NCBI GenBank assembly: GCA_964016885.1
Contig: OZ024742.1
Span: 49,662,001-49,726,000 of the forward strand
Source: Eledone cirrhosa
Taxonomy: Eukaryota
Length of the DNA: 64,000 nt
Direction of reading: 5' to 3'
In this document: piece by piece, positions 13,785 through 26,137 of the stretch
Layout of the letters: each line of letters begins with the position of its first letter
Position numbering within the stretch: the stretch's first letter is position 1
Made by a program: the position numbers and the translations under genes
Notes under the pieces: generated by a model
What the model was told of the DNA's origin: nothing
Database searches by the model: none
The model's input: the letters and a program-made list of their open reading frames with translations, nothing else

Positions 13785-13923
13785 TTGTTTCTATTTTTGG
13801 CACAAGGCCAGCAAATACCCAGTACATTACTGGTACTTTATTTTATCGACCGCGTAAGGATGAAAGGCAAAGTTAACCTTGACGGGATTTGAACTCAGAC
13901 CGTAAAGGGACGTAACTATGCTA
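13785..13923 (-). mobile_element. Nin/Deu-like SINE, head missing
   Basis: Reverse complement of the family core and tail (ttgtttcta...ggcacaaggccagc...ggtactttattttatcgac...ggatgaaaggcaaagttaacct). Confidence 0.8.
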
Positions 13924-14399
13924 TCTAAACTATAATAAAGTAAGGAGTGTGGGACTGCGTACGGTTTATCATTTGTTATCCCATTAGTAAAATAAGTTGG
14001 ATTACTATAATGAATGAATATTACATAATTTATCTACTAAATTTCGTGGCTGTTGATTAAATATATTTTGTTTATTTAAAGATTTATTTCTTTAAAATGT
14101 CTGAAATGTCACACTTCCGGTTGGCCATCGCTTAAATAAACATACTAATTTTCTGAAACTAATGTTCTCCTAATGCAGTTTATATATAATATTGTCTTTT
14201 TTAATGTATCATGGATTACGTTATTGATTACATAAGACAGTGTAATGCAGTCTTCATTCAATTTCTGTGTATATTGTCAATTACGATGTTATTTGATGTA
14301 TCATATCTATTAATACATGTATATATACTTGCGTATAATATCAATATGCACACTACACATGCTAGCAGAAAACCTCCAGAAGGGTGGTTTTTCTGCTAG
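13924..14399 (+). mobile_element. Possible non-autonomous Helitron
   Basis: Starts a|TCTAAACTATAATAAAG and ends in hairpin GCTAGCAGAAAA...TTTTCTGCTAG with terminal CTAG; no TSD. The base after CTAG is C rather than the expected T. Confidence 0.4.
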
Positions 14400-14409
14400 C
14401 TAATAATAA

Positions 14410-14598
14410 TATCTCTAATCGAGGCACAATGCCTGTAATTTGTTGGGGAGAGGAAAGTCGTTTATAACAATACCAGTATTTGATTGGTGCTTTATATTAT
14501 CCACCTTGAAAGGATAAATAGCAAAGTTGACAATGGCAGTGTTTGATCTCAGAATGTAAAGAACAGGAATAAAGATTCTGCAAATTCACCACCTTGAT
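14410..14598 (-). mobile_element. Degenerate Nin/Deu-like SINE
   Basis: Matches the reverse complement of 12927-13146 with many substitutions; (AAT)n on both sides. Confidence 0.65.
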
Positions 14599-15207
14599 AC
14601 GAATAATAATAATAACAATAATGTTGTAGCTCTAATACTTTTAGACAAATACGAAAAATAATTTAAACAATAAAGAACATCTTCTGCCAATGTCCATCAC
14701 TACAATTTAAGTAATATTTGTATTTTTCCTTTTAGCATATATTTTTCTTATTAATTCAGAATCAGCAGAAAAAGTTTTTTTTTTTATATCAGGAATTGTT
14801 CAAAGGTAAGGGATTTTCAGCTGTTGTATATATTAGATCAGCAATTTCCTTAACCCAGTCAATTTCTGATTAACCCTTTTCCTATCAACCTATCTGAAAC
14901 TACACTGGCTTTATGATAAACAAGTACACCTTTTGAAGTGTTCATGCATATATTAAAATCTTTCATCATAATTCTATTTTAGAAATTTTTCTTGAGTAAT
15001 GGGTTCTCATGTTATGAAACAAGTCAGGTCAAGTAACTACGTCTTGCTCATGAACTGTATTTTGGCTTAGTTACTATGGTTGGATGCCTTCCATCATGCC
15101 AACCATGTTACAGTGAGGACTGGGTGCTTTTTATTGTGGCATCTAAATGACCATCAAACAAGGCTGGTGGTTGGCTTCTGGGTAATTTTGTTTTCTGGTG
15201 TCATCAA

Positions 15208-15246
<39 letters not shown>

Positions 15247-15350
15247 CCAAAGATTAGTATGGTTCGTTGATTACTCAATGAATACAATATTACAATAGAT
15301 TAGAAGCTCTCAACAAATAAGTTTTCCTGCAGTTTTTAATATTTTTCAAC

Positions 15351-15599
15351 ATATTAACAAATGAAAAATATTCTCATAATCAAAATATATACTTTATTAT
15401 ATATATTTCAAAGGTACTGTGTTGTTTTTTCAGTACGTCCTCATCAGACATTGAATAATCAAGACCGTAGAGGTATGTCATATATCAAATCATATATTTT
15501 GTCTGATGAGGACGTACTGAAAAAACAACACAGTACCTTTGAAATATATATAATAAAGTATATATTTTGATTATGAAAATATTTTTCATTTGTTAATAT
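15351..15599. mobile_element. Fold-back element with ~100 bp inverted arms (15351-15450 / 15500-15599), each containing a hammerhead motif
   Basis: Arms are near-perfect reverse complements, 49 bp spacer, (TA)n runs nearby on both sides. Confidence 0.85.
15497..15558 (+). ncRNA. Type I hammerhead ribozyme motif (mirror copy on minus strand at ~15392-15450)
   Basis: TTTTGT-CTGATGA-[GGAC GTACTG loop CAGTAC CTTT]-GAA-ATA TA TAT-A-ATAAAG. Stem I TTTTGT/ATAAAG, palindromic short stem III, AUA cleavage triplet. Confidence 0.65.
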
Positions 15600-16249
15600 T
15601 TTGAATAATATATATATATATATATTCACTATAATTCTACCTCATACATTAAGCATTGGTCTAGGTGAAACACTGCCTTCAAGCTGTTTTCCTTTTGGTG
15701 AGAATGTTTTTCGCCCTCTATGACTCTGAAGATTATACTATTATATGTCATAAACCCAGCAAGTCTAACTTAGCTGGGAAGGTTTTAGAGCAGAGTCTAT
15801 ATGACAAGCAGCACACAGTCTTCCACATTAGGGGTGGGAATGGGTCTCTCAATACCCCATAAATTATCATCCTGTTACAGAAACTCCAACAAATGAGATG
15901 GAAGCTGATCATCGCAGCCTTATGATTCACAGGGAACAAAGAGGATTCAGTAAGTAAAACACAGCTAATGTTAGTATATCTGTATATGTAACTGAAAATT
16001 TGCCAGCCATTCCTCCCTCCACCTATCACACACTCCCCAAATAATTCATATCCGTGCTTACACAAGCTACAAATAGTTCTGCCTATGATAAATAGTAACT
16101 AAATTTCACTCAAATCACACCCACCAATTTTAGATTAGAAAAGGAATCATTGAACAATATATATATATATAAATGAAAAGATGTCAACATATATATATTA
16201 CATAATCTAGTTGAAAACTGCCCAGAGTATTGTATTTCAACTACTCATT

Positions 16250-18010
16250 TATAATTATGTGTCCAAAATGGTTTAGATTTTTCTCTTTGATGTTATCTAA
16301 TGTACTTTTCCCAGTGCTTCCCATTCTCTATAGTTCATCATTGGTTTTGTGTTATGTCCATGATATTCTCAAAAGACTTCTAAACTATTTGATAGTATTT
16401 CTTTAATGCCCATGTTTGAGCTTCATATATTATGGTGCATTATTCATAACATTTTCATAATATTTTACTGATTTTAATGTTAATGTTTTTATGGCAATTT
16501 GTTTAACCATTTTCATATCAACCTGCCAAAAAACAACTTTTGTTCTATGAAACAAAACTACCCATTTAAAATGTTTCCTATTTAAATTGAAATATGTCAA
16601 CATAGTTTTATTATATAAAAAACATATATCAATAATGATATGATTAATGATTTTTAGGTCATTGCTTCATTAATTTATTGAAATGGAATGGATTTCCTTA
16701 GAAATATAGTCACAAGAAAGAAAAACAAATTTAAATAACTTTCTTGTTATCTCAATTATTCATTTTATTTGTGTTACTCGTCTGCTTTTTGATTGCATAT
16801 ATCTCAGGCATATTATATTTTGTGTCTGTTCAATTGGTCTTCCTTGAATTTTAATATTTATATTCTCTGACTGTTTTTTTTTTTTATTCCTGATTAGCAT
16901 TGATTTTATTTCCTTCGCATTCATTTCCATTTCATAAAACATTCTTCTATCATTTACTACAGCTGCAAGTATCTTCATGTAATCTCAGTTGACATTTAAT
17001 AAGGTAGTGTCATCTACATATCTCTGATTGTTGTTCATACCTACAATTAACAATTTTGACATTTCTTATACTTCATTGAAGATCTCATTTTATAGCCGAA
17101 ATAAGTGAGATGATAATAAATTGCTTGTCTGACTCATTTCTTAATTTTAGATTCTAAGGTTTTTCTTCTATTTTTCTTATTTTGGATGTGATACAAAACA
17201 TGCAACCCAGTAAAGTTGGGAAACAAACAGTCAGTCCATAAAATATTGTTCCCAATATATATAATTGTTTCTACATTTGGTTCAATGCCAGAAATGTTGC
17301 AGGGGAGGGGAAAGTTGAATAATTCGATCCCAATGAATTACTGGCACTTTACTTTATCAGCCCTGTAAAGCAAAGCTAACCTTGGAAGGTTTTGAAACCA
17401 GAACGTAAAAGACAACAACTATGTCACAAATCATGTTTTCCAATGCCCTACCAATACTGCCAATCCATAGCCCTAATTCTACTTTTCTTATCTTGGATAA
17501 GATATGAAATAGGAAACCTAGGAAACTAGAGATGCAAACAATCAGTCCATGAAATATTGTTCCTAATAAATATAATTGTTTCTACTTTTGGCACAAGGCC
17601 AGCAATTTCCCAGTGCATTACTGGTACTTTATTTTATCGACCCCATAAGGATGAAAGGCAAAGTAAACCTAATAAATATAATAAACTCAAATTGTATTAA
17701 GTCCTTTCTTGAATTATGGAATTCCTAATCATAGGATTGCATATTAAAGATGATGTTCAATATCCTTTTATTTTCTAGATGGCATATAGTTACATGAACG
17801 TGATTTATTCAGCTCCAATTTCAAGCTGGTTGTGTGGCCACATAGTGGTTAACTTCTCTCATTGACATATTCTCAAATGCCTTAATATCAGAAGTATGTA
17901 GATTGATTTAGCCCTCGTGGTTAAAGGGATGTTGAAGCAGTGTTTTTTAAAAGTGAAATGGAATAGATTAGTATTGACAATGAACATTGGTTTCTCTTAT
18001 CTGGATCCAT
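16250..18010 (-). mobile_element. Highly decayed RTE-like LINE RT region interrupted by SINEs
   Basis: Minus strand RYVDDTTL at ~17003-17026, a decayed GVRQG..LSPHLF-like segment at ~17090-17140 and a KAFE(D) motif near 17870-17890. Confidence 0.55.
17577..17667 (-). mobile_element. 5'-truncated Nin/Deu-like SINE with 15-bp TSD (an older copy lies at ~17262-17475)
   Basis: TSD CCTAATAAATATAAT at 17562-17576 and 17668-17682; family tail and core lie between. Confidence 0.85.
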
Positions 18011-18388
18011 TATTGTTTCACAGAATATACATTAAACCTTCACATAAATAGCTTATGCTTAGCGTCAAAATTGAAAAGTTAATTTTCTTTTCTAATGAAT
18101 AGTTATATATAAGTGTAAATTGTCAGTTTAAATTTACTGATCTAAAGCGATTCTAATTTTTTCACTTTTTAAATTATTTTGATTGGTTTTTAAGGACATG
18201 TTTTCAGGTCAGGGAAAGCTTGATTAAATTTAAAACGTGTTTGGCTAATCTTAACAGATGAGGTTTTTAGTTTATTGGTTCATTTATTGTTGCCTTTCAT
18301 TTCTTTATCTGTTCTGGCTTCTAATTTGTTCCTGTGATCTGCAATTTCACACAAATTCATGAACACACATGAACACACACACACATAT

Positions 18389-18575
<187 letters not shown>

Positions 18576-19370
18576 CACCCTCACAAAATCACAGACACAC
18601 ATATATAAAATACATAGCCACAAACATACATTTGAAATTACAAATAAAAAATTATTCCATTTAATATTTTTATAGAATAGAAGTTAATTTACGTATTTAT
18701 TTTTCGAGTTATTTTTCCTTAAACATATTTTGTTTATAGATTTCTTTCTTGCCAAATATTGCACACATGTTTATGAACCTACACGTCAATCCTTCTATCG
18801 TGATAGAAAACCCAATAAAATAATTTACAGTTGTTTTTTTTTTCTTTGAACAGTGAGGGTGTTCCATAAGGCATCAACAAGCAACAACATATTTTAGAAT
18901 ATAAATATCAGAATAACAATCTAAACAAAATGCTGAAGATAGAGAGAGAGGAAAAAATATCTTTATCGCAATTCAATATGCTTAATTACTGCTTTGAAAT
19001 ATCAATCCATTTTTATAGGAAGACACTTTTCTGTTTTTCTTTCTTCCGAAAAATATTCTTATACAAACAGTCTAGAGAAGTTGGCTCTTTGGCATTTCTT
19101 TAGCTATCTGTCTGTCTGTAAGTATATCTATAGATATGTTACTGTGTGTAGGTGTATATGCATATATATATATATATAAATTATAGCAAAAATCGGTATA
19201 AATTATCTAAGGGGTTAGAGCACTCAGATCATGGGAATCGTTATATAATCAGTTCACAATGACAGCATTAGGAAATACTTGAGTTTCATTGGCCTTAATA
19301 CCAACTCATTCAGTCTGTTATTTGTAGTCTGTTATATATGTATGTATATTCTTGTAGACATGTATATATA

Positions 19371-19561
19371 TCAATAGGTAGACATGGAGGTAAATATACT
19401 ATATTATATAAAATACATGGCAAGCTGATGTTATTTTGATCGCTGATAAACAAAGTAGCATCAGCTTAATTTTGGAAACTCTGAGTACCTATGAAAGTAT
19501 ACACCAGTTTGGCATGTATTTCATATAATATAGTATATTTACCTCCATGTTTACCTATTGA
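19371..19561. repeat. Fold-back inverted repeat, ~60 bp arms (19371-19431 / 19501-19561)
   Basis: tcaataggtagacatggaggtaaatatactatattat... versus ...ataatatagtatatttacctccatgtttacctattga. Confidence 0.8.
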
Positions 19562-19624
19562 GGACTCTTTCTTTAATGATTATAACCCCACATTCAGGCA
19601 ACAATATATGTATATATGTTTGTG

Positions 19625-19862
19625 TGTGTGGCCTAATGCTAAGTGTAAGACTTACAATTCCTGTTGTGGGTTGTGTGCTGTGTGCTTGAGCAACACACTT
19701 CATTTCATGTTGTCCTCTGTATACTCAACTGAAAATGACTTCTAGCAATAGCTGGGGCTTTAATCCTGCAATGGGGAGTCTTGTCTTCTCAGTTCTTTCA
19801 TGCCACGGAAGCAGAATAAGCACCGGCCTGGTGGGCCTCATGGCTTGAGTCATAATTTAGAC
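19625..19862 (+). mobile_element. Degenerate tRNA-derived SINE, same family as 6012-6290
   Basis: Shared ttgagcaacacacttcatttcatgttg...ctcaactgaaaatga and tail gtcttgtc.tctcagtt...aataagcac.ggcct. Confidence 0.6.
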
Positions 19863-19910
19863 TAGATTAGACTAGACTTAGATATATATGTATGAGTGTG
19901 TATACGAATG

Positions 19911-19994
<84 letters not shown>

Positions 19995-20049
19995 TGATTG
20001 TAGTCATATTTATATATCCTATTCATCATTTGGTTGTGCCTATTCCAAT

Positions 20050-20700
20050 ACAACCTTCATTTAATTTTAGTATTCATTTGTCATCTCAGTGACATTTAGC
20101 TTTGTGGGATCATGTCTCACCACCTCCATTAAAATATTCCTTGGCCTTCCTTTACTGTAGTTTGTTTTAATTAGGATTTCTTGTCATTTTTTTCACTCAG
20201 CATTCCTCAACCATATGCATCACATGTCCATTTCTGTGCTGTTTTCTTTCATGTACACTATATCTGATTTCTCTTTTATTTAGTTTCCCTTTCATTTCAT
20301 CCCTGCTCATCTTTCATATTACACATATAATGAAGCATACTCATTCATTTCTCACTAGTTCCCTTAGTCCTCTGCATTTCACTCTGCCATGTCTCACTGT
20401 CATGCAACATCACACATCCCCCACAGTCACATTACACTCTTTTTTTACCCATAGAGAGAAAACTCTTGTTGTCAAAAGAAATAGTAGCTCCTTAAACGTT
20501 TTCCATTTATATGATTTTTTTCCTTTTTATTCAAGCTAATATGATGTTCAGGCAAACTTCTCCATTGCTAGTATGGTTATAAAGTGACACAAACTAGCAA
20601 TTAATTTACTTTGTAAATTCCTAGGACTGGAACAAGTTATTTCACTGCTACTCTTACTACCTACTACTGTGTATTTGCCCCAGTATCAGACAAATATCTG
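20050..20700 (-). mobile_element. Decayed RTE LINE 3' fragment
   Basis: Colinear similarity to 51630-52330 (catatgcatcacatgtcca; ccatgtctcactgtcatgcaacat; gagagaaaactctt). Confidence 0.6.
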
Positions 20701-21472
20701 TTAGTGAATTTTAGATGTATTTTAAACAAAGAAATTCACAAATTACAACATTCAGTATATGAAAATATTGACAAACCTACAAAACAAATTCAGGAAAAAA
20801 TTTGTTTATTAAGATATGCAAATCAAAATAAAATATAACTCATCCACTAAGGACAATCAAAATAATATACTCACCAGATTCTGTATGTGGCGAAGCAATA
20901 AGTTACTATATATTTTATCTTGCTTTATCTGATTTATAAAGTTTCAACTTTTTATATTTACTTTGCAAAGCTATTGATAAACAAATAAAATATTGTGAAA
21001 TTACAAGGTTTTTATAATAATACAAAATAATAAAACGATGTTTCAAGAATCCAAGTGCACTGTCAACTTAAAATTCTGTACAATTTTACTTTTGTGGAAG
21101 AAAACTATATTTTTTCTGTGGCTGCGTGTATACCAATAGCATCATTATTATTTAGGAAGCAGTTTTTAAATTGACCTTCCGACATTCCTAGAATATTACT
21201 GAATTTTGTATAAAATGTTTACAACTATAAAACATCAGTATGTGCATGTATAAAGACATAGATATAATAATGAAAGAAAAATTGTCTTTCATCCGATATT
21301 AAATTATTAATTAGCACAATCACAGAGAAGAGGTTAAGCTGACAGAAGCCCATTCATCAAATAACAACCAATTATGAATGGGATTCACAGATCAAAGGGA
21401 TAAATTGATTTTCAATGGCTCCACTGGCTATGGGAGAACTAAAAATCAGGACTTAACAGTATTCTGCAGCAG

Positions 21473-21510
<38 letters not shown>

Positions 21511-21989
21511 CTTTTATCCTTCTATGTTGTTTACTTATCCCCCTCGCTTTACGCGATTTACTGGTCCCAATAACTTTTTTTAGTTATTGCTCGCACCAAC
21601 CTGAGCTATATGATTTTTAATGCGATGAAATACCAATGATGGTTGGAAAATCACTGACGAAGGACTATTTTTATCATATGTAACCCATGTGCAACCACGC
21701 AGTATTCTTCTTTCTTCTCATGTTTTTTATATATATATATATCATCATCATCATTTTACATCCGCTTTTCCCTGCTTGCCTATATATATATATATGTATA
21801 TACCTGTAAAATGTAACATGACAGGCAACAATATTGGCATAGAGTCAGGATCATTGAAGAATCTTTCATTTTATGGAGAAATTAGTGTTACTGTCCTTAA
21901 CGGTTCACACAAGGCTTGTGGGTTTAGTGCCTGGATTTTTTTCTGGAGCTGATACAATTCATTATTTTTTCTCACAAATATACGTTGTA

Positions 21990-22395
21990 TGATGCCAATG
22001 TAAAGAATATGATTATGCATGGCAGTGACACCTGCATAAAATAGAGAGAAATGAAGTGAGCATGCTCTGTTTAACGACATGGATCAACTGATAAAAAAGC
22101 TGGGTATAATAAGAATAAAATGTGATATTAAAGCGAGGAGAATGAGCTGGTATGGACATATGACATGTATGGATGAAGAAAACTCAGTGAAGAATTGCAA
22201 GGTGATTTTTGTGGAAGGAAGCTGTAATAGAGAATGACTGAGAAAAATCTGGAAATAGGTAGTTAAAGCTGATTTCAAAATGATGAAGCTCAGAGGAGAT
22301 GATGGAGTGCTGCGAATGGAGGAAGGTGTGCTGGAAAGGACCCACTCAACCCATTTAAGCAAGGAAATGTAGACACAAAATGATGATGATGGTGA
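21990..22395 (+). mobile_element. Decayed RTE LINE 3' end with (GAT)n tail
   Basis: Reads RRMSWYGHMTCMDEENSVKNC...VEG, followed by the RTE terminal stem region and tgatgatgat. Confidence 0.7.
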
Positions 22396-25308
22396 TAACT
22401 CTATCTCTATTTTCAATATGTCCACATTGAAGTAGAGCAGACACTAAGCTGTGGAAGTAATGAACATTTGTGGAATATTCTGAGACTATTTGTTATACCA
22501 TATGACACTTGAGCATAGAAATACACCTGTTGATGTTGTCATTTTGTTATATAGTGCTTGTCTTGACAACAATTAAGTAGTGATGTGTTATTTTAAGCAT
22601 TAATGTTTTCATATGGAGGGGATACAGCAGTAGAAAGCCTATCAAGGTTGAGAGGACTTTGCAGCTGTGTCAACTACTTGAGACCCTCTTTAGTTCTAGT
22701 GTCATGATAAAATGTACTCAATAAAGAATGGAAGCATATTAGTTAGTTGTGCGCTCATGGCCTATCTGAGTACTCAGTAGTGTGCAGGCACATATGTAAG
22801 CAATGTGTACATCCTAAGCCAGCCTGGGACATTAACACTACTTGAATATTGACTCAGTATGTACTGACATATCCAACCCTTGCTATCATGGTAAATCAAC
22901 ATTAAAGGCTGATGATGATGCTATCTCAGAATAACCTCCACCCCTAAACAATTAAATTGATTTAAGTTGAATGATTTTCATATAAGATTGATCAGACAAA
23001 CATTTTTGTTACGAAATGGATCCTGTTTATTTGACTTCCTTTTCCTGACACAAAAAGAAAATCCTAAAGTTTGGTAACTAGCCATTATCATCACTTAATA
23101 TTTATGTTTCCATGCTGTCATGGATTGGACATGTTGCCACAGACTGTCAATACTCAACGAGTACACCTCAAGAGTTCAGGTGCCATATTTTCCTTACATA
23201 TTTTCTAATTTTGGCATGGATACCCTTCTTATCAACAACCACTTTATAGAGTTTACTTGGTGTATATTATCATTTCAGTATTCTACAAAATTGAGTAATA
23301 AATATTTTGGGGAAGACAATATCAAATGTTGAAGATAAATAAATCTAATTGTGAGGATTATTCTTTATGTGTGCAGCAAATATTAGAATGTGATGGCCTT
23401 ATGGAACTAGCAGCTAGTTAGCAAATTGAATGTTTGATTGAAAACAGTAACCTCTCATAATTACTCTAAATCTAAACCCTCAGACTCTGTCCACAGTTAT
23501 TCTGCAGCTTATTGAATGGTTTTATATCTGTCATTCTTGAGTGAAATTAATGCTAAATCAAACAGCAGTACATAAGAAAATAAAGTAAGAATCAAAGAAT
23601 TGAAACTTTGAAGAAGAAATAGAAATTTCTTGAGCCTAAAATAAACAAGTTATACAGAAATCAAGAGAGCCAGTGCTAATTCCTGAAAGTTTCTCTTATT
23701 TCTTCCCATTAGAAAGAATGGTTCTTTCAACATTCTTATTTATTCTAGAAGTTGCTCAACAAATTACTCAATCTATTGTTTGCTTAATGTATTCTTGTGT
23801 TATTTCGAAGCATTTGTTTTAATATTAGTATGTTGTATTTTCTCTTTTATTTACATTTTGTTATCCCATTTGTTTTTTGTCATTGATTATATCTTTAGCT
23901 TTAACTTCAACTTCATTGTCATGATGTTCAATGCTAAAATTCAGATGTTTTAGTGTCTACTAGAAAATATTGGTGTGTCTGTCTGCATGTGTTTGTATGT
24001 GTGTTTGCGTGTGTGTGTGCATGTGTATGTGCATGTGTGTGTCTTTGCGTACATATGTGTGTTGTTGTATCTGTGTGTATGTGTGCAGACAGAAACTAAT
24101 CCATGTCTTTAGAGTTTCAAGTATAGAGATTGGTTTATTCTTTGTGATTTATTTCTAGATCTTCTAAGTTAAGTGCATTAATAACTGCTAATATTTTCAT
24201 AAGTGATCTACATAACTTATGTGGGTTAATTCAAATATCACAACTTTTAAGTCATCATGTTACAATTCTAGATGTACTTAATATTCACCTTTTTTTCACA
24301 ATTTTCTAAATATCATTGTAAATTGGTTGATATTGAGAAGGGCCAGAAAATGGAATGCATAAGCAAATCATGGACCTTCCATCCCTTTAGGAGGAAGGTG
24401 ACTCCAAAGGGGAACAGGTTGTTACAACCAGTCTAACCAATGCATTATTATGACACATTACTAATAAATTATATCTACTAGACACTTTTATTAGCTAGTT
24501 TATTAAATACCATATCATCATTCAGCCACATCAATGTGAATATAATACAATGCCAGGTGTAAATATTTGCCTCTTATATGTCACTTTAGGATATATTGCT
24601 GTTCATATATTTAGAGAAATTAAGTAAGTTCAAACATAAAGAAAGAGATATTCAAGATCAATAGCCCATTGATATTCTCATTACTTGTGTCATTAACACA
24701 TATCAGACACTTGTATAACAGTGCATAATTCAATGTTTATCTGTCTCTTTCAATATATTTTCATGAGAAACATTTCATTTTGTGTTTTGTATATTTTATA
24801 TATTTTTATTTTTTCAATAAGCATGTGTATCTGAATATAGAAATAAGATCTTTATCTTTTACCTTTCAATAAAAAGCCTGTTACTTTCTGATATATATAA
24901 TTGTGAGTTACCTTAGTGTATAAAATACTGAAGTCATATATTGATATTTGTTTAACTCCTATTTTATTTGTTATCTCTGCTCAGAATTTTCTGTTGACCT
25001 AAATCTATTGTAATTAGTTTAATAATGAATTTTTTTTAAATTCACAATGTTGTGTGATAATGCGTTTCATGTTTTAATTTAAGTCTATGTACTTGATGCC
25101 AGAGCTGATGTTTGTTCAGTAATACATTGTTTCAATGTATCTGCAGATCAATATTTAATTGCATGCTGTAGGATTTTCCATATCGAATATTTAATGTATA
25201 GATCCATTTCTACTTCTAAAGCAGTTTAGGATCATCATCACACTGCTTGTACAATTTCTGAATACAGAGAAACATGCAGTTTCATTTAGAAGCTATGAGC
25301 AATCTCAC

Positions 25309-25339
<31 letters not shown>

Positions 25340-25344
25340 CACAT

Positions 25345-26137
25345 AAAGAAGGAAGTGTGGTAAGGAACCAGGTGGACCATAACGCACCAGAGTACTCAAT
25401 ACTTTGAGTAGTAGAGTGGGATATAGGAAAATGTTCTGGATCCCGACGGCAGAGCTCAAGCCGTTTCAATGGCTATTTCTGGGCTAAATTCGATTTTTAG
25501 CATGGTAATAAATAGCCAAACTTTTCAAGGGGTAATTCCATATATGGGCATGCATTAATCATGCATTTCTGAAGGTTGTAGTTGTCAAAAGGATTGGTCA
25601 AAATTTCTTGTAAACACAGTCAAATCTTTCATGGTGGTGGGTAGGGGTGGAGGTGGCTGAACTTGCCTGTAGAACAATGAGGGTGAAGCCGGTCAAGCAT
25701 TGAAAGTAAATTCTATACAGCAAATTCTATGGAGTGTGGATGAAGTAGGCTAGCTAGAAAGCAGGCGAAAAAATAATTCTACAGGAATCTGAAAATGGGA
25801 AATTATAAAATAAAAAACTAAAAAAAACTAAAAACTAAAAAAATAAAAAAAAGTATTTACTGTTTTAAATAGAATTCCATTTCAGTCACAATGTTCTTCG
25901 AATAATTGTGTTTTTTTTTTAGTAGCCTGTATATTTCATTTTTCATCAGAAAACATTTTTTGAATTTTAATTTTTTAATTAATTAATTCAGAAATGCATG
26001 ATACACATACCCATATATGGAATTACCCCTTGGAAATTTCGGCTATTTATTACCATGCTAAAAATCTAATTTAGTCCAGCAATAGCTGTCGAAATGGCTT
26101 GAGCTCTGCCATCTGGGTCCTGAACATTTTCCTATAT
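25345..26137. mobile_element. Penelope-like non-coding element with ~150 bp inverted arms (25421-25573 / 25987-26137), (TA)n-flanked
   Basis: Arms are diverged reverse complements, each with a hammerhead 3' half (GAAAC GGC ttGAGCTCt GCC GTC; GAAAT GGC...GCC ATC). Terminus 25345-25420 recurs at ~37815-37900, 51525-51600 (inverted) and 61330-61445. Confidence 0.7.

Noticed and set aside
14790-14810. Possible 13-nt micro-exon (cag|gaattgttcaaag|gtaag)
   Set aside because: Splice-like signals are expected by chance in 64 kb; the length is not frame-preserving and there is no supporting evidence.
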